Shown piece after piece: positions 18,555 to 25,922 of a DNA stretch of 32,000 nt. The DNA comes from Psychrobacter cryohalolentis K5 (GTDB lineage Bacteria > Pseudomonadota > Gammaproteobacteria > Pseudomonadales > Moraxellaceae): the NCBI RefSeq assembly GCF_000013905.1, contig NC_007969.1, forward strand, positions 930,001-962,000, written 5' to 3'. Made by a program: the position numbers and the translations under genes. Position 1 is the first letter of the stretch; each line of letters opens with the position of its first letter. The notes below the pieces were generated by a model. That model ran no database searches. It was not told the DNA's origin and saw nothing but the letters and a program-made list of their open reading frames with translations.

Positions 18555-19367
18555 TTATACGTAATGTACAAATTGATCTTGCTCAAAGCGGAACTGGGTA
18601 TTGTAAACGCCATTATCAGCACGCTCCCCAGCACCAATCATCATAACAATATGGTGATTATCACTCAGTTTTAATAAGCGCTTCATAGCAGGCTCATCGA
18701 AACCGCCCATCGGGCAGCTATCAAATCCATGCGCGCGTAAGGCAAGCATCAGGTTTCCAGCCGCTAATGCGGTGTTATTGGTTGCCCAATTTTTGGTATC
18801 TTCAAAGGTATAATAAGGCGATTTTATAGGACCCTTTATACGTCTGACTACTTGAATGGCGCTCCATTTGGCTACTGATACCACGTTAGCAGGTCCACGC
18901 AAAAAATCTAACGCAACGACTTTGTTGTAGTAGTCTTTGACTTTTTTTGGCACCGGCATATCAGGGTATTCACGCAATATTTGCTTTGCATGGTCATGCC
19001 AAACGTCAGTACGAGCAACGACAGCGATTAAACGTGCTGAGGTTTTTGCTGCGTTTTGATTCATACAGTTTTTGACCGCGCGCTTACGCTTACCAGCATC
19101 ATCAATAACATAAAATTCCCATGGCTGAAGATTGCTTGAGTTTGGGGCAAGCATCGCCAAACGCAGGCAGTCTGCTAATACATCGTCAGGTATCGGCGCA
19201 TCTGTAAATCGGCGTACCGAACGGCGCGACTCTACCACCTCACAAAATGCTTGCAGCTGCGGGGTGTGACTAGGCGTCGCAAGAATGTCTTTATTGCCAG
19301 TATTAGAATTCATAGTAGGATCCATGCTGAGGAATGAGTAATCAGCTTCAGGCATTATCGATTGCAT
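18555..19367 (-). CDS. Nitroreductase family (FMN-dependent) protein
   Basis: It has RRSVRRFTD, then APNSSNLQPWEFYVI, and a C-terminal GFDSCPMGGFD. The start is uncertain, since MDPT or MNSN internal starts are possible. It lies on the same strand as gcvH and gcvP, between them, ending 63 nt before the gcvP start. Confidence 0.75.
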   Translation of the reverse strand: MQSIMPEADYSFLSMDPTMNSNTGNKDILATPSHTPQLQAFCEVVESRRSVRRFTDAPIPDDVLADCLRLAMLAPNSSNLQPWEFYVIDDAGKRKRAVKNCMNQNAAKTSARLIAVVARTDVWHDHAKQILREYPDMPVPKKVKDYYNKVVALDFLRGPANVVSVAKWSAIQVVRRIKGPIKSPYYTFEDTKNWATNNTALAAGNLMLALRAHGFDSCPMGGFDEPAMKRLLKLSDNHHIVMMIGAGERADNGVYNTQFRFEQDQFVHYV

Positions 19368-19498
19368 ATCTTCAATAATGTCTGACGAGTGATTAATATG
19401 AATAAATCAGATAGCAGTTGGGCGTCATAAATTGAGTGCTGAGTGTCTTGAAAATACTGCATTGAAAACACGGTCTTGCCATTATTGTCTTAAAAATA

Positions 19499-19532
19499 AA
19501 GCGCACAGATACCAGCGCTTGCCAGTATCTGT
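19499..19532 (-). terminator. Terminator-like hairpin with a mutually exclusive alternative hairpin (gcvH-nitroreductase spacer)
   Basis: Read on the minus strand, AAGCGC (19520-19515) pairs with GCGCTT (19504-19499) and is followed by TATTTTT. The alternative 8-bp pairing is ACAGATAC (19532-19525) with GTATCTGT (19512-19505), and it overlaps the first hairpin. Confidence 0.35.
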
Positions 19533-19608
19533 CGAGTTGCTTCTTTTAATCAGTAAACATTTTATAAATGACAATCTTATCAAAGACTGTCTTATCAATA
19601 AAAATATT

Positions 19609-19643
19609 AAAAGCAGCAATACTAAAGTTAAATGCTGCCTTTA
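19609..19643 (-). terminator. Weak terminator-like hairpin just after gcvH
   Basis: On the minus strand, AAGGCAGCA pairs with TGCTGCTTT (9 bp including one G-U) around a 14-nt loop. An AT-rich tail with a T-run follows. Confidence 0.4.
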
Positions 19644-19662
19644 AGAGAGCGTAAGACTGATA

Positions 19663-20043
19663 TTACAGCTCGTTTTCGTACTCATCAGCGGTTAGCAGTG
19701 CTTCATAGTCAGCGATATTGTCAGGCTTCATTCTGAAGAACCAACCTTCACCATATGGATCAGAGTTGATGATTTCTGGATCATCTTCTAAGGCTTCATT
19801 GATAGCAACCACTTCACCTGAAATAGGCGCGTAAACGTCAGAAGCTGCTTTTACTGATTCAACAACAGAGATTTCGTCATCAACAGCGATGATGTCACCA
19901 ACATCTGGCAATTCAACAAATACTACGTCACCCAATAGGTCTTGAGCATGATCAGTGATACCAACCGTGATAGTACCGTCGTCTTCTAAGCGTAACCACT
20001 CGTGGCTGGCGATGTATTTTAGTTCTGCTGGGATATTACTCAT
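19663..20043 (-). CDS. gcvH: Glycine cleavage system H protein (lipoyl carrier)
   Basis: It is 126 aa with the lipoyl-lysine motif [18 protein letters not shown] and the N-terminus YIASHEWLR. Confidence 0.95.
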   Translation of the reverse strand: MSNIPAELKYIASHEWLRLEDDGTITVGITDHAQDLLGDVVFVELPDVGDIIAVDDEISVVESVKAASDVYAPISGEVVAINEALEDDPEIINSDPYGEGWFFRMKPDNIADYEALLTADEYENEL

Positions 20044-20109
20044 GGTTTCTCTCCTAGGTGATAGAGGTTAATTAATGAAAAAGAAAGCTAATAATAAATT
20101 TTCTGTTGC

Positions 20110-21282
20110 CTACGAGTCAAACTGCTGCTTGCCATTACGGACAAACGGTAGTTTAAGCACGCGTACATCGACGAACTTACCTTTACCGCGCAGATCAATT
20201 TGCACATTGTCATCTTCTGCTAGGGTAGCAGGAACACGGGCGATAGCGATAGAATTTTTGAGGCTAGGAGAGAAAGTACCACTAGTAATGATACCTTTTT
20301 GCTCTTTATCAGTGCCTTGATTAATGGTCACTTCCATACCTTCACGTAATACGCCACGGCTAGTCATTAATAAGCCCACTTGCTTCATAGCAGTATTGTC
20401 ATCTTTTGACTGTTTGCGTTTGCTGACCATAGCATCGCGACCAATAAAGTCACGATCGTCTTTTAGCGCCAGTGTCCAGCCCATGTTGCACTCATAAGGG
20501 CTAACATCTTCATTCATATCATGACCATAGAGGTTCATGCCAGCTTCCATACGCAAAGTATCACGAGCGCCAAGACCGGCAGGCTTTATACCATTGGCTT
20601 TTAATTGCTCAAAGAACGCCGGCGCATCATCGCCATGCATAATGACTTCGACGCCATCTTCACCGGTGTAGCCCGTACGAGCGACGAACCAATCTGTACC
20701 TTCGATGTCTGTTAAATCAGCACCAACGAAAGGCTTAAGACCAGCTAAGGTATCTGCCCAGCTAGGTTTGGTGTGCGCCAGTTTTTCAACGGCGTTTGGT
20801 CCTTGCACGGCAATCATGGCAAGCTCTGGCCGCTCAGTGATGCTGATGTCAAAACCTTCAGCGACTTTGTCAAATTGCGCCATGTCTTTATCGCGAGTAG
20901 CAGCGTTTGAGACGATACGGTATTCAGTTTCATCAGAATTTGATAGATAAACGATTAAATCATCGATGATGCCGCCTTCTTCATTTAGCATAGGAGAATA
21001 AAGGGCTTTACCAGCTGTTTTTAGTTTATCGACATCGTTAGCTAATAGCTTCTGTAGCCATGCTTTGGCATCCGTGCCTTTGATATCGACAATAACCATA
21101 TGAGAGACGTCAAACATACCGGCATCAGTACGCACCGCTTCGTGCTCTTCGATTTGTGAGCCATAATGGATTGGCAATTCCCAACCAGAAAAATCCACCA
21201 GTTTGCCATCACTCTCGACATGAGACTGATAAAGGGGTGTGCGTTGAGGAGCTTGGCTGTTAGTATTTTGAGTATCGGTCAT
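20110..21282 (-). CDS. gcvT: Aminomethyltransferase, glycine cleavage T protein
   Basis: It has RTPLYQSHV...[30 protein letters not shown] and [19 protein letters not shown]. An AAGGA RBS sits 7 nt upstream. Confidence 0.95.
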   Translation of the reverse strand: MTDTQNTNSQAPQRTPLYQSHVESDGKLVDFSGWELPIHYGSQIEEHEAVRTDAGMFDVSHMVIVDIKGTDAKAWLQKLLANDVDKLKTAGKALYSPMLNEEGGIIDDLIVYLSNSDETEYRIVSNAATRDKDMAQFDKVAEGFDISITERPELAMIAVQGPNAVEKLAHTKPSWADTLAGLKPFVGADLTDIEGTDWFVARTGYTGEDGVEVIMHGDDAPAFFEQLKANGIKPAGLGARDTLRMEAGMNLYGHDMNEDVSPYECNMGWTLALKDDRDFIGRDAMVSKRKQSKDDNTAMKQVGLLMTSRGVLREGMEVTINQGTDKEQKGIITSGTFSPSLKNSIAIARVPATLAEDDNVQIDLRGKGKFVDVRVLKLPFVRNGKQQFDS

Positions 21283-21459
21283 AACAAATCCTTATGTGGA
21301 CATTAGCTATACTTAGTAAAAGTATTAGGGCTGATGTACATGATCATAGTAGCGAGAAGCAATATTGCAGGGTACAAGCATTGCAACCAAGGGTAGTACA
21401 GAAATAAGATAAAACTATCCGCCAAACAAACGCTTAACGTCAGTTTAGAGGGAAGCCCT

Positions 21460-21779
21460 ATCTGTCCTGTGACCTGAGATTTTCAACACGATCCATCATC
21501 GTAATTCTTCAACAGAGCAATGATGTCGCGTTTTCTCCCCTTCGGTGGGTAAGACGTCGTCCGTCCTTACCGCTCTCCAGATTTGTTATGCCTAAGGTTT
21601 GAAGAATAATACGCCAATCAGCGTGATGCAAATAAACCGTTATGACATGTGTTTTTCAGTCCTTTTACCTGAGCGATTAGCAGGGTGGATGCGCCTTCGG
21701 TGGTCATGTAGCGGCTGTCAGTACAAACTCGTTAATATGAGCATTACTAACATTAGGCTAAAGACTCTCTCCTGAAAAA
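21460..21779 (-). promoter_or_regulatory. Tandem glycine riboswitch (two aptamers) in the gcvT leader
   Basis: All sequences here are read on the minus strand. Aptamer 1 (21779-21652) has P1 TTTTTCAG/CTGAAAAA, GGAGAG, CACCGAAGGCGCA and CTCAGGTAAAAGGAC. Aptamer 2 (21582-21460) has P1 ATCTG/CAGAT, GGAGAG, P2 GGTAAGAC/GTCTTACC, CACCGAAGGGGAG and CTCAGGTCACAGGACAG. Both match the glycine riboswitch consensus as I remember it. Confidence 0.85.
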
Positions 21780-21786
21780 CGCTTTT

Positions 21787-21815
21787 ATTATGAAAGGTTC
21801 ACAGCTTTTTTACAA
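21787..21815 (-). promoter_or_regulatory. Candidate sigma70 promoter of the riboswitch-gcv transcript
   Basis: The minus strand reads TTGTAA (21815-21810), N17, CATAAT (21792-21787). This puts the predicted TSS about 7 nt downstream, at the 5' edge of aptamer 1 P1. This is pattern matching only. Confidence 0.35.
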
Positions 21816-22167
21816 CCCATCATATAAATTATAGTGAATAATTTTAGCAAACATGCTTTTTTATACGGACAATACACCGAACGACAGCAAAATAGAGTAG
21901 ATGTGTTTCTGTAAAATTACATAGCGTCAATAAAAAATAAAGCTGAAGCATTTGTTATAAGAATTTAAAAGTATATAATTTATCTATGAGCATCATGCAT
22001 TACAGTACAAGGGATACAGAGTGCTCATATGAAGATGCTCCTTACTTTCTCTTAAGCTAAGTTGCGATAGTATTTGGGATGCTTTACCTTATCTGAACGT
22101 AAAGTCACTACTGATAATGGCCTGAAATATGCTAATCTATGACGATAGTTTCTGATAGGTTGTTTTT

Positions 22168-22491
22168 ATGCATTGCGATATTTATAAATTCCTTAAACAT
22201 GATGATATGTATATCTATATTGCCCGTCCTGATTATCCGAATGATACGGATGAAATCAAAGATTGGCTGGGTGTGTTACCCAAAGACTTTCGTGCAGGCT
22301 TAGGTCGTAGCAAGTTTGTCATGCATCTGGATTTGGCTACAACGCCTACACTTGCTAGAGTGGACAAAGAAGAGGTGCTAGCAAAGCTAGCGTCGCAAGG
22401 GTATTTTGTACAATTACCACCGCAAGATGTCATGCGCCGCCAAGCAGAATTGCGTGCCCGTGAATCTCAAGACAGTATTTATAATACGTAA
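22168..22491 (+). CDS. ycgL: YcgL domain-containing protein (DUF709)
   Basis: It is 107 aa. CDIYKFLKHDDMYIYI and SQGYFVQLPP align with what I recall of E. coli YcgL (FCVIYRSSKRDQTYLYV, EQGYYLQLPP). Confidence 0.8.
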   Translation: MHCDIYKFLKHDDMYIYIARPDYPNDTDEIKDWLGVLPKDFRAGLGRSKFVMHLDLATTPTLARVDKEEVLAKLASQGYFVQLPPQDVMRRQAELRARESQDSIYNT

Positions 22492-22713
22492 TAGTTATAA
22501 AATTATATTTTAACAAGGTTTACGTCGATATTTTGCAGCTCCTTTTATCAAGTCTAATTTCTTAGCTGGCTTTTTTGAACAGAGTGTATAGATACAGATG
22601 AAATATCAAAATCTATAGTGTCATGCATTTTGGTGAATAGTCATGATAAACTAGCAGTTTATTAATATAATCACTATCCCGCACTATTTACGAACGCAGG
22701 TAATAAAACACGC

Positions 22714-23301
22714 ATGGACTGGTTAAAAAATATCTTACACAGCTTACCACTAGAAGCGATCAGCGATATTCTCGGTGAGATTGCTATTTGGTGGGGGCAG
22801 CTGGTAAAAGACGTACCGGTAGCAGATTTACCAATGTATGCTTATCTTGGTGGTGTCATTATCGTGTTAGTACTTTGGCTACTGGTCGCGCGTATATTAC
22901 CACGTCCATTAGGCGGCATGAGTTGGATGATACTGTTTGCTGTATTATTAGCACCAGGTACAGCACTGGGTGACCCAAGTGTGATTGCACCTGCCAGCAT
23001 CAGTGTGGTCTATGCGATTATGATGAAGGACACGACTGGGGCGATTGCCAATATGCTGCCTATCATGGTGGTATTATTTGTTGGTTTATTTGTTGGTTTT
23101 GTTTGGCAGCTGATTCGCGGCGCCTTTGAATCAAGCTTAGATAAAGCTCGCAGTCGTACCGCACAGGACACGCAAGCAAATATGCAGCTAGCTTCTGGCA
23201 ACTATTTGGCGACAGAATCTGATGAAGTAGGGGCAGTTAAAGATATTGATCCAGCAATTAATCTAAAAAAGGATACGCCTGTATCTAAAAATAATGATTA
23301 G
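22714..23301 (+). CDS. Hypothetical integral membrane protein
   Basis: The 195-aa ORF has 3-4 clear hydrophobic helices and a hydrophilic C-terminal tail, and a terminator follows it. I recognised no family motif. Confidence 0.55.
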   Translation: MDWLKNILHSLPLEAISDILGEIAIWWGQLVKDVPVADLPMYAYLGGVIIVLVLWLLVARILPRPLGGMSWMILFAVLLAPGTALGDPSVIAPASISVVYAIMMKDTTGAIANMLPIMVVLFVGLFVGFVWQLIRGAFESSLDKARSRTAQDTQANMQLASGNYLATESDEVGAVKDIDPAINLKKDTPVSKNND

Positions 23302-23363
23302 TCTGAATGCGATTGCTTTAACGCTATAACCTTTTAAAGTATTTCCTTTCTAGTTGACAGTGT

Positions 23364-23384
23364 TGATTCCTGATTCCTGATTCA
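23364..23384. repeat. Heptanucleotide tandem repeat (TGATTCC x2 plus TGATTCA)
   Basis: Read directly from the sequence. The unit is related to the reverse complement of the CATCAGG unit at 6131 (CCTGATG versus CCTGATT). Confidence 0.8.
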
Positions 23385-23405
23385 TGCATTTTTTCTAATG
23401 ATTAT

Positions 23406-23431
23406 AAAAGACACCATGCGTGTCTTTTTTT
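23406..23431 (+). terminator. Rho-independent terminator after the 195-aa membrane protein gene
   Basis: A 9-bp stem pairs AAAAGACAC with GTGTCTTTT around a 5-nt loop (CATGC). The stem's 3' arm runs into a T7 tract. Confidence 0.7.
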
Positions 23432-23552
23432 ATATGATAAATATCTGCGAACGCATGAGTATTTTGGCAATCAATAAGGCTGTGCTAATCTAAATGACAA
23501 TTTATTAACGCTCTTAAAACCTTTTAACGATAACAATAAATGAGATTGGATT

Positions 23553-24407
23553 ATGACCGATAAAAAAACCAAATTTACGGGTACGAAAAGCTATATCGCT
23601 ACTGATGATTTGCAATTGGCAGTCAATGCGGCAATGACGCTACAAAAACCGCTACTTATCAAAGGTGAGCCGGGTACAGGCAAGACTTTACTAGCAGAAG
23701 AGGTTGCTGAAAGTTTAGGTATGCCACTGATTACATGGCATATCAAGTCGACGACTAAGGCAGAGCAGGGTTTGTACGAGTATGATGCGGTATCGCGTCT
23801 GCGTGATTCGCAAATGGGTGACGATAAAGTCTATGAGATTGGCAATTATATCAAGCCGGGTAAATTGTGGGATGCCTTTACCAGCAAAGAGCGTAGTGTA
23901 TTATTGATTGATGAAATTGATAAAGCAGATATTGAGTTCCCAAATGACTTGTTGCACGAGCTTGATAAGATGTCTTTTTATGTTTATGAGACGGGCGAAA
24001 CCATCACAGCGGCGCAGCGTCCCGTGGTTATTATCACCTCAAACAATGAAAAAGAGCTACCGGATGCGTTTTTGCGTCGTTGCTTCTTCCACTATATTGA
24101 TTTCCCTGAAGAGGAAACCATGCGCCAAATTGTTGAGGTGCATTTTCCCAATATTCAAGAAAAGCTGGTCAATGACGCGCTGGATATTTTTTATAAATTG
24201 CGTAACGTTCAGGGGCTTAAAAAGCCACCATCAACTTCTGAGTTGGTTGATTGGTTGACGCTATTATTGGCGGATGATATGGCTCAAGCTGAGCTAGAAG
24301 AAAACTTGCGTGGTGAAAAGTCTATTCCGCCATTATATGGTGCATTACTGAAAAACGAAGCCGATGTGAGTTTGTTGCAGCGTTTTGCTAATATGATGCG
24401 TCGTTAA
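23553..24407 (+). CDS. MoxR-family AAA+ ATPase (CoxD-like, AAA_5 type)
   Basis: It has Walker A GEPGTGKT, Walker B LLIDEIDKA and the sensor/Arg region LPDAFLRRCFFHYI. It is about 280 aa and is followed by a VWA gene, the arrangement typical of MoxR ATPases. Confidence 0.85.
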   Translation: MTDKKTKFTGTKSYIATDDLQLAVNAAMTLQKPLLIKGEPGTGKTLLAEEVAESLGMPLITWHIKSTTKAEQGLYEYDAVSRLRDSQMGDDKVYEIGNYIKPGKLWDAFTSKERSVLLIDEIDKADIEFPNDLLHELDKMSFYVYETGETITAAQRPVVIITSNNEKELPDAFLRRCFFHYIDFPEEETMRQIVEVHFPNIQEKLVNDALDIFYKLRNVQGLKKPPSTSELVDWLTLLLADDMAQAELEENLRGEKSIPPLYGALLKNEADVSLLQRFANMMRR

Positions 24408-24539
24408 TATTTGTAGCTTACATTGATTTTAACATCAGATATCAAAGTCAATGCAAGCGCTTAGCCTATGACTGTATCAATTAATGATATCAGCAATATC
24501 ACCAGATAATAATGTCAGCCAATAAGTGATACGACTCTT

Positions 24540-25763
24540 ATGTTTATCAAACTATTTTACACCTTGCGTACTTATGGCGTGCCAGTCAGTACGCGCGAGC
24601 TGCTCGATTTAAATGCTGCGTTAGAGCAAGGGCTGATGATGCAGCCGCATCCTGAAGATCCAGCATTGACTACTTTTGCCAGTCGTGAAGATATGTATCG
24701 TCTGATTCGATTGTGCATGGTCAAAGACGAGCGCCATTTTGATAAGTTTGATCGTGCCATGGCGGATTATTTCGAAGGCGTCGATAGTCTAGACATGGAT
24801 GAGCTGTTGGCCAAGCTAACAGATGTGCCCAAAGAATGGCTCGATTTAAAGCTCGATCCAAAGAACCTGACCGATGAGCAGAGACGTCTGCTAGAAAAGT
24901 ACGGCTCGCTTGAGGAGTTGATGAAGGCGTTGGAAGAGCGGTTAAAAGAGCAAAAAGAGCGTCATGAAGGTGGTAGTAAATGGGTAGGGACGGGCGGCAC
25001 TTCGCCATTTGGTGCTTATGGTGACCATCCTGAGGGCGTGCGTGTCGGCGGTGAGTCACGCAAACGTAGCGCTGCCAAAGTCTGGGAGCAGCGTAAATAT
25101 CGTAATCTCGATGACGATAATCAGCTCGGTACTCGTCAAATTCAAATGGCGCTACGCAATCTGCGCCAGTTTGCACGGACCGGTAGTGCTGATGAGCTCG
25201 ATATTCATGAGACAATTAAGCGCACGGCAAAAAAGGGTGTGCTCGATATACATATGCAAGCAGAGCGCCGTAACCGTGTCAAAGTACTGATGTTATTTGA
25301 TGTGGGCGGCAGTATGGATGTTCATGTCGAAGCGCTTGAAAAACTGTTTTCTGCGGCGAAAAATGAATTTAAAACCTTAGAGTTTTTTTACTTTCATAAC
25401 TGTCTATATGATTATGTCTGGAAGGATAATAACCGTCGCCATAGCGCGCCTATGCCAACCTTTGAATTGCTTAATAAGTATGGCCGAGAGTATCGTGTTA
25501 TCTTCGTGGGTGATGCGTCGATGTCACCGTATGAGCTGATGACGGTAGGCGGTAGCGTTGAATATATGAATAATGAAGCAGGCATTGTCTGGTTAAAGAG
25601 GGTGCTCGCGCACTTTGATAAAGTCGCTTGGCTCAATCCTGAGAATCCAACCTATTGGCAATATACCCAAACTATCGTTGAGATTAAAAAACTGTTTGAT
25701 AATAAGATGTATCCAATGACGTTACATGGCGTGGAAGATATGACCAATTATATGGCGCGCTAA
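24540..25763 (+). CDS. VWA domain-containing protein, CoxE-like
   Basis: The N-terminus MFIKLFYTLRTYGVPVSTRELLDLNAALEQGL is typical of the CoxE-like family as I recall it. The C-terminal VWA fold has a MIDAS-region sequence LMLFDVGGSMD and later VIFVGDASM. Confidence 0.8.
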   Translation: MFIKLFYTLRTYGVPVSTRELLDLNAALEQGLMMQPHPEDPALTTFASREDMYRLIRLCMVKDERHFDKFDRAMADYFEGVDSLDMDELLAKLTDVPKEWLDLKLDPKNLTDEQRRLLEKYGSLEELMKALEERLKEQKERHEGGSKWVGTGGTSPFGAYGDHPEGVRVGGESRKRSAAKVWEQRKYRNLDDDNQLGTRQIQMALRNLRQFARTGSADELDIHETIKRTAKKGVLDIHMQAERRNRVKVLMLFDVGGSMDVHVEALEKLFSAAKNEFKTLEFFYFHNCLYDYVWKDNNRRHSAPMPTFELLNKYGREYRVIFVGDASMSPYELMTVGGSVEYMNNEAGIVWLKRVLAHFDKVAWLNPENPTYWQYTQTIVEIKKLFDNKMYPMTLHGVEDMTNYMAR

Positions 25764-25834
25764 TATTATATTAGCTTTAGAGTAATTGAATGTTAGCTTT
25801 GCAGTCAGTTTTTATATGACATAAATCAGACTAA

Positions 25835-25870
25835 AAAAACAGCTTCTATTATTTAATAGAAGCTGTTTTT
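25835..25870. terminator. Bidirectional Rho-independent terminator between convergent genes
   Basis: A 16-bp perfect stem pairs AAAAACAGCTTCTATT (25835-25850) with AATAGAAGCTGTTTTT (25855-25870). It has an A-run on one side and a T-run on the other. Confidence 0.8.
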
Positions 25871-25922
25871 TCATAACATTTTAATTGTCTACGATAAGCA
25901 ATCATTGCCTCATCATTAATAA

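Noticed and set aside
19432-19644. A 70-aa plus-strand ORF lies in the gcvH-nitroreductase spacer.
   Set aside because: It has no RBS and an odd Cys/Lys/Leu-rich composition, and it runs antisense through the two terminator-like hairpins. It is more likely non-coding spacer.
382-24760. Many short or medium ORFs in the track lie nested in, or antisense to, the large genes. Examples are 382-573, 616-804, 1682-1906, 6632-6946, 7320-7544, 9407-9646, 10202-10495, 12676-12876, 13803-14270 (155 aa), 15130-15354, 16252-16449, 17444-17692, 20075-20320 and 20705-20950.
   Set aside because: Each overlaps a longer ORF that has clear family motifs. None has a recognisable motif, an RBS or a plausible composition. 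They are typical shadow ORFs.
24721-25215. A 164-aa minus-strand ORF lies antisense to the VWA gene.
   Set aside because: It sits entirely inside the well-supported CoxE-like CDS. Its product is Arg/His/Pro-rich and low in complexity, as expected from antisense translation. There is no RBS.
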